From contig CAXXOA010000002.1 in the NCBI GenBank assembly GCA_963666275.2, positions 1,792,001-1,856,000 of the forward strand: a DNA stretch of 64,000 nucleotides, given 5' to 3'. Positions 9,322 through 17,756 of the stretch are shown one piece after another. Origin of the DNA: Oceanispirochaeta sp. Lineage in GTDB: Bacteria; Spirochaetota; Spirochaetia; DSM-2461. Under the pieces are notes generated by a model. It had not been told where the DNA came from, did no database searches, and worked only from the letters and a program-made list of their open reading frames with translations. How positions within the stretch are numbered: the stretch's first letter is position 1; the number at the start of each line of letters is the position of its first letter. The translations under genes and the position numbers were made by a program.

Positions 9322-10611
9322 ATGCAAAAAAAAGGTTTCATTTTATTTTATGTATTACTATTTCTCATTACACCCATGATTTTTTCAGCAGGTCAGCAGG
9401 ATGCTGCTGATGACGGCAGTGTGACACTGACCGTATGGGACTTCAAATACAGCGAAGAGATTGTCGGATCCGCACTGAAGGATATGGACTCTCTCTATAT
9501 GACTGCCAATCCCAATGTCACGATTGAGCACATCGCCCAGCCCCATGATAACTACTATGAAATCCTGGCGGCCGCTCTGGGATCCGGAACCGGACCCGAT
9601 ATCATTATGGCTCATACGGATCAGAGAATCTGGAACATGGAGGAGTTCCTTCTGACTCTTGATCCCTATGTGGCTGATTGGAAGGACGATATTTCCGATT
9701 CCGCCTGGGCTGCCTGTTCCGCTTCCAGATCGAGCGATAAGGATCTGAAAATTGTTCCCCTTACAGCGCAGGGACTGGGAATCTATTACAACAAAGCCAA
9801 TCTGGCAAAAGCCGGTGTGGATACCTCTTCCGCCCCCCGCAGCTGGGATGATTTCCTGGCCGCCTGTGAAAAACTGAAAGCCGCCGGAATTCCCCCTGTG
9901 GTTATGGGGAACGGCGGACAGCCCTTCGGTATCGATTTTGCCTACAGAGTCCTTCTTGCCAATTTCTACGGCGATGACCTGAGCGGTTTCAGCAGCGGTA
10001 AAGCCAATTTTACCGATGAAGAGTTCATTGAAGCCACCAGGATGATCAAAACTCTCTATACCAAAGGCTATGTGATGACAGAAAATAACAGCATGCCCTA
10101 TTTTATGGATGCCATTGAAGTTTTCAAAACCGGAGAGGGGGGATTCTTTTTCGGGCTGACATCCGATATTGCCCATTGGAAAGATTTCGGAGATGCCTTC
10201 GGATATGAGAACCTGGGGTACATGCCTACCATCAACACACCTGCCGCCGCCTATACGGATAGACAGAGCAGTCAGGGCGCTGGAATCGGATTCGCCGTTC
10301 TGGACAGCTCTAAAAACAAGGAAGCCGCCGTTGAGTTCCTGAGTTCCTATGTTCACGGGGAATCAGCCAAACTCTTCCTGGAAAGAACCGGAGCCATTGT
10401 TCCCAACAAGAACCTGCCCATCGAGAACGAATCCCTTGCGGAAGTTGTCAGCTACATGGGTAAAAACGCGGTTCCCGACTTCTATAACCAGCTGGATGCC
10501 GGTTTCGGAGCAGAGTTCTACAACTATGTGCAGCTCTTCTTCCTGGCCGATGAGATCTCTCTGAACGAGTACATCGAAAGCCTCCAGAAAGCCTACGAAA
10601 TGAACCTCTAG
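9322..10611 (+). CDS. Sugar ABC transporter solute-binding protein, paralog B
   Basis: AGGAGG RBS; FSAGQQD signal end; GTGPDI, GIYYNK, PRSWDDFL. Confidence 0.92.
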   Translation: MQKKGFILFYVLLFLITPMIFSAGQQDAADDGSVTLTVWDFKYSEEIVGSALKDMDSLYMTANPNVTIEHIAQPHDNYYEILAAALGSGTGPDIIMAHTDQRIWNMEEFLLTLDPYVADWKDDISDSAWAACSASRSSDKDLKIVPLTAQGLGIYYNKANLAKAGVDTSSAPRSWDDFLAACEKLKAAGIPPVVMGNGGQPFGIDFAYRVLLANFYGDDLSGFSSGKANFTDEEFIEATRMIKTLYTKGYVMTENNSMPYFMDAIEVFKTGEGGFFFGLTSDIAHWKDFGDAFGYENLGYMPTINTPAAAYTDRQSSQGAGIGFAVLDSSKNKEAAVEFLSSYVHGESAKLFLERTGAIVPNKNLPIENESLAEVVSYMGKNAVPDFYNQLDAGFGAEFYNYVQLFFLADEISLNEYIESLQKAYEMNL

Positions 10612-10619
10612 TAATAATG

Positions 10620-10868
10620 CTCCCTCTCCCTCTGGGAGAGGGTCGGGGAGAGGGAAATCCTCACTTCGGCTGCTTCGGCTCCGCTCAGGGGCCACGGGTC
10701 GGGGAGAGGGTTACTGTTCATAAAAATTGAAATCAGAGGGTTTCGGACTCTATTCCAACCCTCACCCCCAGCCCCTCTCCCATAAGGAGAGGGGAGGAAA
10801 AAATAAGATAAATCCCCTCTTCCACTGTTTCGGAACGAAAAGGAAGAAGAGAGGGGCAGGGAGAGGGC
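10620..10868. repeat. Cluster of REP-like GC-rich palindromes (CCCTCTCCC-loop-GGGAGAGGG type) with an inverted doublet and a 15-bp direct repeat
   Basis: Hairpins at 10622-10642 and 10772-10794; GGGTCGGGGAGAGGG at 10640-10654 and 10696-10710; degenerate third copy at 10814-10868. Confidence 0.8.
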
Positions 10869-10904
10869 TCTTTGTGAAACCTCTCCGGGTAAGGAATCGT
10901 AAAT

Positions 10905-11801
10905 ATGTCTAAAAAACAGTTAATACAACAACAGGAACAGAGGGATGCATTTATTCTGCTTTCGCCTCTCCTTCTGCTCATGCTGGTTTTCACGGTCTAT
11001 CCGGTGCTGGCAAACTTCTTCTACAGTATGACCGAATGGAAGGGATTCGGCTCTGCCGAGTGGGTGGGCTTCCGGAATTACGCCCGCATGTTTCAGGATG
11101 TCAAATTCTGGCACTCCCTCAAAAACCTGGGAGTCCTTATCCTTTATATTCCTCTGGGAGTTTTTGTTCCTCTTCTGATCGCCGCCATCCTGAGGGACGG
11201 GCTGAAAGGGTGGACATTCTTCCGCTCTGTGATCTATCTGCCCACAATTCTGGGATATATTATCCTGGGGACACTGTTCAGTATCATCCTGAGCCAGACA
11301 GGACCTCTCACCGAAGTGCTGACCTTTTTCGGAGTCAAAGACGCCAATACAATCAACCTGCTGGGACAGTCCAGATCGGCCATCCACGTGGTGGCGGTTA
11401 TCTTTGTGATCTTTACAAAAATGGGATTCGGATGCATTTACTTTCTGGCAGCCATGAGCAGCATCGATGCGGGTATGTATGATGCCGCCGGTATCGACGG
11501 TGCCAGCTGGTGGCAGAAGTTTATCCATATCACCATACCCAGTATCAGTTTTTCCGTTCAGTTCTTTCTGGTTCTCTCGTTCATTGAAGTTTTTGCCAGA
11601 ATGTACAGTTTTATCTATACCCTCACCTACGGCGGCCCCGGATTTGCCACGTTCACTCTGGAGTTCGGTATCTACCGCCAGGGATTTCAGGCTTTCAAAA
11701 TGGGATACGCTTCCAGCTGGGCTGTGGTCCTTTTCCTTTTCTGCTCCCTCATTGCGGCCGCCCAGATCCATGTCCTGAAAAAAGGAGATCAGCTCTCATG
11801 A
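10905..11801 (+). CDS. Carbohydrate ABC transporter permease
   Basis: Multiple TMs; EAA-like loop YDAAGIDGASWWQ. Confidence 0.93.
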   Translation: MSKKQLIQQQEQRDAFILLSPLLLLMLVFTVYPVLANFFYSMTEWKGFGSAEWVGFRNYARMFQDVKFWHSLKNLGVLILYIPLGVFVPLLIAAILRDGLKGWTFFRSVIYLPTILGYIILGTLFSIILSQTGPLTEVLTFFGVKDANTINLLGQSRSAIHVVAVIFVIFTKMGFGCIYFLAAMSSIDAGMYDAAGIDGASWWQKFIHITIPSISFSVQFFLVLSFIEVFARMYSFIYTLTYGGPGFATFTLEFGIYRQGFQAFKMGYASSWAVVLFLFCSLIAAAQIHVLKKGDQLS

Positions 11802-12637
11802 CTCTTAAAACAAAGTCCTGGAATGTTTCCAAAGGATTCACCTATATATTTCTCATTCTGGTCACACTTGTGAGCCTCTATCCTATCTATTTCTCTTTCA
11901 TATCCAGTTTTAAAAGCGTGGAAGACTATACGTTCAGCAAAACCGCACTCCCAGCAGTCTGGGTATGGGATAACTATCTTTATGTTTTTAAAAACCTGAA
12001 CTTCCTCGGCTACACCATGAACTCCCTTTTTCTGGTGCTGACGGGGATGATCCTCTATATCTTTGTCTGTAATGCCGCGGGATTTGCCCTGGGTATGCTC
12101 CGGTTTCGGTTCAAGCTTCCCATTTTTACCTTTGTCCTGTTTTTTCAGATATTTCCCCAGATGGTCATTGCCGCCCAGGTCTACAGGATCTGTTCAAAAA
12201 TCGGTTTGATGAACTCTCATCTGGGACTCATCCTTGTGTGGGTAGCCTATTTCGCCCCCTTCGGGACATACATCATGTCCACCTACTATGCCACCATCCC
12301 CCGGGCTCTCATTGAGTCTGCCCGGATGGACGGAGCAGGAGTATTCCGTCAGCTCTTTAATATCATGATGCCCGTGGCAACTCCCATGATCGGTACCATC
12401 GCCATTGTGGGCTCTCTGGGGATGTGGACGGAACTGCCCTTTTCTCTGCTCCTGATTCAGGATCCCGCCAAAAGGCCTCTCTCCCTGGGGATCGCCATTA
12501 TGAAGGGTGAGCACGGGATTCCCATCCCCATCCTCACGGCAGCGATCCTGATTTCGGCTCTGATCCCCCTGGTGTTCTATTTCTTTTTTCAGAACAGGAT
12601 CCATATGGAATCCACCGCCGGTTCGGTCAAAGGTTAA
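11798..12637 (+). CDS. Carbohydrate ABC transporter permease
   Basis: LIESARMDGAG loop, C-terminal GSVKG; ATGA overlap. Confidence 0.93.
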   Translation: MTLKTKSWNVSKGFTYIFLILVTLVSLYPIYFSFISSFKSVEDYTFSKTALPAVWVWDNYLYVFKNLNFLGYTMNSLFLVLTGMILYIFVCNAAGFALGMLRFRFKLPIFTFVLFFQIFPQMVIAAQVYRICSKIGLMNSHLGLILVWVAYFAPFGTYIMSTYYATIPRALIESARMDGAGVFRQLFNIMMPVATPMIGTIAIVGSLGMWTELPFSLLLIQDPAKRPLSLGIAIMKGEHGIPIPILTAAILISALIPLVFYFFFQNRIHMESTAGSVKG

Positions 12638-12660
12638 AGATTATTTAAAAGGAAGAAACA

Positions 12661-13740
12661 ATGGAATTGACTTGGAAAGATAACTGGCCTGAAACAAGGC
12701 AGCACTATAGGGACTGGTGGAACCATAAAAGTTTTATCATCAGCCACTGGGGATCCGGTCTGGATACAGGAAAAAGCCTCTATGACATCCCGGAAGTTCC
12801 CGAGACAGCGGACCCGGTGCAGAGGCATACCGATGCCTCCTGGATCATCCCTCACGAAGAGTATACCCTCTCTCGGAACTGGCAGGGCGCTGACTTTATG
12901 CCCATCGCCTTTCCCGATTACGGTACTGTCACACTGGCCACATTTCTGGGAACAGAGCCCCGGTATGAAGAGGAGTATGTCCTCTATAAACACAGTGACC
13001 TGACCCCCGAAAACGACTATCCCCTGACTCTGGATAAAAAGAATTCCCACTATCAGTTTATGCTGAATCTCTCTAAAGGGCTCAAAGAGCGGTCTCAGGG
13101 ACGGTTCACCGTGGGAACCCCCGCCTTCATGCCCGGTCTGGACGTACTGGCCGAGCTGAGGGGCACCAATGAGCTCCTGATGGATCTGGTTCTGAATCCC
13201 GACTGGGTCAAAGCCAAAATGGAAGAGATCAATCAGGTCTATTTCGAGGCCTATGAAGACTTCTACAAAGCCCTCTCCTGGGAGGACGGCAGTATCAACA
13301 CCGGGTACTTTATGGTCTGGGGGCCCGGGAAAACCGCCTTCTCTCAGTGTGACTTTTCCGCCATGATCAGCCCGGATATGTTCGAGGAGTTTGAACTGCC
13401 CTGGCTGACACAGCACTGCGACTATATGGACAATATCATCTACCATCTGGACGGTCCCGATGCGGTGAACAAGCTGGACCACCTGCTGCAGGTGAAGAAT
13501 CTGGATGCCATTCAGTGGACTCCGGGGCCTCAGCTTCCCCAGGGGGGAGACCCCCAGTGGTACGACATGTACAAAAAAATAAAAGCCGCCGGAAAGTCGG
13601 TCCAGGCTCCCTGGGTCAAGCCGGAGGAGGTTGTTCCCCTCCTCGACAGTGTGGGCCCGGAAGGCCTGTATATTATGGTGGACTTCAAAACCCGACAGGA
13701 AGTGGAAGATGTACTGAAAAAGGTGGAACCCTACAGATGA
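12661..13740 (+). CDS. URO-D / corrinoid-methyltransferase-fold protein of unknown function
   Basis: LRGTNELLMDL...P, QCDFSAMISPDMFEEF.LP, YHLDGP, LDAIQW.PG. Confidence 0.7.
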   Translation: MELTWKDNWPETRQHYRDWWNHKSFIISHWGSGLDTGKSLYDIPEVPETADPVQRHTDASWIIPHEEYTLSRNWQGADFMPIAFPDYGTVTLATFLGTEPRYEEEYVLYKHSDLTPENDYPLTLDKKNSHYQFMLNLSKGLKERSQGRFTVGTPAFMPGLDVLAELRGTNELLMDLVLNPDWVKAKMEEINQVYFEAYEDFYKALSWEDGSINTGYFMVWGPGKTAFSQCDFSAMISPDMFEEFELPWLTQHCDYMDNIIYHLDGPDAVNKLDHLLQVKNLDAIQWTPGPQLPQGGDPQWYDMYKKIKAAGKSVQAPWVKPEEVVPLLDSVGPEGLYIMVDFKTRQEVEDVLKKVEPYR

Positions 13741-15992
13741 GACAGCTTAATGATTTTATGACAGACATGGCCGACCTGGATCAGCATCCCGAAGGTATAC
13801 TCTGGCGGGCCCTGTCCCCCACTGAGGTCAGGGAGGAAAAGGGGAAGGTCCTCCTTACCATACCCTTTGCTCCTTTCAGCCTTCAGGGGAGCTTAAAACC
13901 CCTGGAAGGGGAAGCACCCCGGATAAAGACTCTCACTCTGGAAGCTCCGGGAAGTGAGATCCTCCATCTCTACGATACCCACAGAAATTCTGTGATGCTG
14001 GACTATCATAAAACTCTGGCCCCTGAGACCCTGAGTGTTCAGGAAGAGGAGGCCCGCTGGGTTATCAGGAACTCTGCAGGGAGTCTCCGCGCCTCTTTTG
14101 AAAAGGAAAGAACCCCTGTGGAAGGATGGAGCGATCTGATCCGCCCGGCCTTTGATTCCCTCCGGGGAAGTCTCTTCCCCGACGGAAAGGTGAAAGCCGC
14201 TCTGAGCGGGGAGGATCAGTTCTTCCCTGAAAAAGTGGAGTCCCTGCCTCTGGCCTATCTGACCTATACGGAAGCCGGAGAGGAGAGGGGCGCAGGGCTG
14301 TTCTCTTTTCAGGCGGCCCATGATGAGCATTTTGCCGGAACAGGAGAGCGCTTCGCCGCCATGGACCTGAAAGGGAAAACCCTGGTCCTCGACAACACCG
14401 ACGGCCTGGGCGTAAACAGCCGCAGGGCCTACAAAAATGTGCCCTTTTTTCTTTCCAGCAGAGGGTACGGACTCTTTATGCATACCTCCTTTGAAGTCAG
14501 GCTCTCTCTGGCGGATATTTCCACCCGGGCAGCCCAGGGGCGCATGGACGAGGAGAATCTTGACCTCTTCATCATTGGCGGCGGCGCTCCCGAACCGGTA
14601 CTGAAGAACTACAGAAAATTGACAGGATTTCCTCCTCAATTGCCTTTGTGGAGTTATGGAACCTGGATGAGCCGGATGACCTACTTTTCCGCCGACGAGA
14701 TCGAAGAGATCTGTTCCCGTATGCGAAGGGAAGAGTACCCCTGCGATATGATCCATATCGATACGGGATGGTTTGAAACCGACTGGGTCTGTGAATGGAC
14801 CTTCAGCCCCGAGCGCTTTCCCGACCCTGCAGGGTTTATGAAAAAACTGCGAAACCAGGGGTACCGTGTCTCTCTCTGGCAGACTCCCAATATCGGTGAG
14901 GGCAACAAACTCCTGGAAGAGGCAAAGGCCAAACGCTATCTGGCTCCGCCCCGTTCCAAAGGGGTGAAGACCTCATCGGATTTCTCCGGTCAGGACTTTG
15001 GAGGGCAGATCGACTTTACCAATCCCGAAGCGGTAGCCTGGTATAAATCGATGATCCGGGATCTGATGGAAAAAGGCGCTTCTGTGATCAAAACCGACTT
15101 CGGTGAAAAGATTCAGATGGATGCGGACTATCTGGGTATGTCCCCCCGGGAGCTTCACAATCTCTACGGCCTGTTCTATCAGAAAGCCGCCTTTGAAGAG
15201 ACTGAGGATGCCACAGGGGAAGGTATTATCTGGGCCCGGGCCGGCTGGGCAGGCTGTCAGCGCTATCCCCTCCACTGGGGAGGCGACGCGGCGGCTACCT
15301 GGGACGGTCTGGCCGCTTCCATTCGCGGGGGTATCCATATCGGCCTCTCGGGCTTCGGATTCTGGAGCCATGATGTACCGGGTTTTCACGGGATCCCCGA
15401 GTTTATGAACACCCTGCCCACGGACAATCTCTATATGAGATGGACCCAGTTCGGTGTATTTTCCTCCCATCTGCGATATCACGGGACATCTCCCCGGGAG
15501 CCCTGGCACTACCCGGCGATCACCGATCATATCCGGAAATGGCTGCGTCTGCGCTACCATCTGATCCCCTATTTTATGAAACAGGCGGAGAAGGTCAGCC
15601 GGTCGGGCAGTCCGGTGCTGCAGGCCATGGTTTTTCAGTTCCCAGAAGATCCTGTGTGCTGGCATCTGGACGATCAGTTCTTCTGCGGAGAAGACTTCCT
15701 GGCCGCTCCGGTGATCAATGACTCTCATGAAAGAAAAGTCTATCTTCCCGAAGGGGAGTGGATAGATTTCTGGACAGGAGAGGCGTTCTCCGGCCCCCGG
15801 TGGGTGGAACATAAAGAAATTCCCCTGGATCAGATGCCCCTCTACTGCCGTAAAGGTGCCACCATTCCAGTGTATCCCGAACCGGTACTCACTACAGATG
15901 AAATGGATCTTAAAAAGACTATCGCTCTGGTTATGGATGATTCCTTCAGTGGCTGGCTGAATACGGATCATGCCAGGAAACTGGGCTGGTAA
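13737..15992 (+). CDS. GH31 glycoside hydrolase, YicI-like alpha-xylosidase
   Basis: YKNVPFF, HIDTGW, nucleophile KTDFGE, acid/base HWGGD, WSHDVPGF; ATGA overlap. Confidence 0.9.
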   Translation: MRQLNDFMTDMADLDQHPEGILWRALSPTEVREEKGKVLLTIPFAPFSLQGSLKPLEGEAPRIKTLTLEAPGSEILHLYDTHRNSVMLDYHKTLAPETLSVQEEEARWVIRNSAGSLRASFEKERTPVEGWSDLIRPAFDSLRGSLFPDGKVKAALSGEDQFFPEKVESLPLAYLTYTEAGEERGAGLFSFQAAHDEHFAGTGERFAAMDLKGKTLVLDNTDGLGVNSRRAYKNVPFFLSSRGYGLFMHTSFEVRLSLADISTRAAQGRMDEENLDLFIIGGGAPEPVLKNYRKLTGFPPQLPLWSYGTWMSRMTYFSADEIEEICSRMRREEYPCDMIHIDTGWFETDWVCEWTFSPERFPDPAGFMKKLRNQGYRVSLWQTPNIGEGNKLLEEAKAKRYLAPPRSKGVKTSSDFSGQDFGGQIDFTNPEAVAWYKSMIRDLMEKGASVIKTDFGEKIQMDADYLGMSPRELHNLYGLFYQKAAFEETEDATGEGIIWARAGWAGCQRYPLHWGGDAAATWDGLAASIRGGIHIGLSGFGFWSHDVPGFHGIPEFMNTLPTDNLYMRWTQFGVFSSHLRYHGTSPREPWHYPAITDHIRKWLRLRYHLIPYFMKQAEKVSRSGSPVLQAMVFQFPEDPVCWHLDDQFFCGEDFLAAPVINDSHERKVYLPEGEWIDFWTGEAFSGPRWVEHKEIPLDQMPLYCRKGATIPVYPEPVLTTDEMDLKKTIALVMDDSFSGWLNTDHARKLGW

Positions 15993-15999
15993 TAAATTC

Positions 16000-16079
16000 C
16001 ATTCTTAGCGATACTTTCTCCGGTTATTCAGTGGATGCTTTGCAAAAAGTACAGAAATCCGGAGAAAAATCTGAGAATG
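16000..16079. other. Long imperfect inverted repeat after GH31 (possible terminator or structured element)
   Basis: CATTCTTAG..TTTCTCCGG pairs with CCGGAGAAA..CTGAGAATG. Confidence 0.45.
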
Positions 16080-16125
16080 TCCTCCTTGTATTTTCTATTG
16101 CCGGGAAGTATTATAAACAGCATCT

Positions 16126-16428
16126 ATGCGTTTAAATGAAAGACAGGTACAGGCAATAAGGGACTCGGTTAAAAAGAACTTCCCTTCCGGCACCAGGGTG
16201 TATCTATTCGGTTCAAGGACTGATGATAATGCCCGGGGAGGAGATATTGATCTACTGATTGAAACGGCTCTTCAGGGGGTTGAACTGCAGAGTGCCAGAT
16301 ATAAAGCCATGTCAGATATATCCATGAAAATTGGAGATCAGAAAATAGATATTGTTATTACATCAGGGCGGGAAAAGGAAAAAAGTTTGATCCTGCTTGA
16401 AGCAGAGAAGGAAAAAATTCTGTTATGA
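16126..16428 (+). CDS. Minimal nucleotidyltransferase (MNT) antitoxin
   Basis: YLFGSR...GGDIDLL motif, KIDIV, 100 aa. Confidence 0.9.
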   Translation: MRLNERQVQAIRDSVKKNFPSGTRVYLFGSRTDDNARGGDIDLLIETALQGVELQSARYKAMSDISMKIGDQKIDIVITSGREKEKSLILLEAEKEKILL

Positions 16429-16928
16429 GAAGTATGGAAACAATACATGCTTCAATCCTTTCATCGATACAAGAGTGTGATTCTCATCTGGAAAATATGA
16501 AAAACGGTTTTGAAAGAATTCGGCCTTATCTGCCTCTGAAGGAGAAGGAGTTTCCCATTTCTGATGATGTTGTGATGGCCTTTATTGATCAGTTCCTTTT
16601 CCGTTTTTCAAAGTTGCAGGACTCCATTGCGAGGCGGCTTTGCCCCGGCTTGTTCCAATTGATAGAAAATGATATTTCACCCCATCCTTTTCTGGATATT
16701 CTCAACAGACTGGAAAAACTGGGAGCTATTTCATCAGTTGAAACATGGCAGTTTTTTCGATATCTGAGAAACAATCTGGCGCATGATTATCCCGAATCTT
16801 TAGAGCAGAATATAGCAAATCTCAATACCCTGTTTACGCGATGGACTGATTTTTCAGATCTTTACAGTGATCTGAAAAATACCTATATGAAATATTTTCC
16901 CGCTTCGGATACTCCCGAAAAGACTTAG
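16425..16928 (+). CDS. HEPN-domain protein (putative RNase toxin)
   Basis: DQFLFRFSKLQD and RNNLAHDY (R-x4-H-x-Y); ATGA overlap with MNT. Confidence 0.85.
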   Translation: MRSMETIHASILSSIQECDSHLENMKNGFERIRPYLPLKEKEFPISDDVVMAFIDQFLFRFSKLQDSIARRLCPGLFQLIENDISPHPFLDILNRLEKLGAISSVETWQFFRYLRNNLAHDYPESLEQNIANLNTLFTRWTDFSDLYSDLKNTYMKYFPASDTPEKT

Positions 16929-16930
16929 CC

Positions 16931-17659
16931 ATGCTAGCAGGAGTCGATGGCTGCCGGGCCGGATGGATCGCTGTCTTCATTGACAGCGGCCGTTTCACTT
17001 ACGGTTTATACCCCCATTTCAAAGATCTTCTTCATGACAATCCCCGGCTGGAACGTATTCTCATCGATATCCCCCTGGGGCTCAGCTCTCCCGGATACCC
17101 CCGGACAGTGGAGGCCCTTCTTCGAAAGGAGCTGCCCGGCCGGGGGAGCACCGTATTCAATGTTCCCTGCCGGGCTGCTGTATACGAAGCGGACAAAGCG
17201 AAGGCCCGGGCCCATCATATCCGGGTGGAGGGGAAGTCCCTTTCCGAACAGTCCCTCAATATATGCGGAAAAATCCGGGATCTGGATGCCCTGCTGCCTC
17301 TGGAAAAGGGGCCGGTCCTTCTGGAGTCTCACCCGGAAGCGGGATTCAAATCACTCAATGAGGATAAGGTCGTTCTAACAAAGAAGAATACCCCGGAAGG
17401 TCTGGCAGAGCGGGTGGCTCTTCTGCAGGCGGTAAATCCTCAGACGCAAAAGGTATTTACCCGGATGTGCGGCACCTTTAAAAAGAAGGATGTCAAATCT
17501 GATGATATTCTGGATGCTCTCTGCCTCTGTGTGATCAATACCCTGTCAGAAGAGAAGGGCCTGAGGTTTCTGGAAGATCAAAACAGCCGGGATGAAAAGG
17601 GCATTCCCATCAGAGTCGCTCTGCTGGGTACCCGAATTACAACCCATGACCTCTCATAG
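16931..17659 (+). CDS. DUF429 family predicted RNase H-fold nuclease
   Basis: AGVDGCRAGW, IDIPLGL, ESHPE, DDILDA motifs. Confidence 0.85.
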   Translation: MLAGVDGCRAGWIAVFIDSGRFTYGLYPHFKDLLHDNPRLERILIDIPLGLSSPGYPRTVEALLRKELPGRGSTVFNVPCRAAVYEADKAKARAHHIRVEGKSLSEQSLNICGKIRDLDALLPLEKGPVLLESHPEAGFKSLNEDKVVLTKKNTPEGLAERVALLQAVNPQTQKVFTRMCGTFKKKDVKSDDILDALCLCVINTLSEEKGLRFLEDQNSRDEKGIPIRVALLGTRITTHDLS

Positions 17660-17682
17660 GGGAAGTCTGCACTGAAATGATT

Positions 17683-17724
17683 CCTCCCATCTCCTTAAAG
17701 GGGAAGGGCCGGGGATGAAGGGTG
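17683..17724. repeat. Degenerate copy of the CCCTCTCC/GGAGAGGG REP-like element
   Basis: CCTCCCATCTCCTTAAAGGGGAAGGGCCGGGGATGAAGGG resembles 10620-10654. Confidence 0.5.
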
Positions 17725-17756
17725 GAAAAGTGCTACCCCTTCACAGAGGGGCTGAT

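Noticed and set aside
13515..13736. N-terminal extension of GH31 in the ORF track
   Set aside because: It overlaps the upstream gene; the ATGA-coupled start at 13737 is more plausible.
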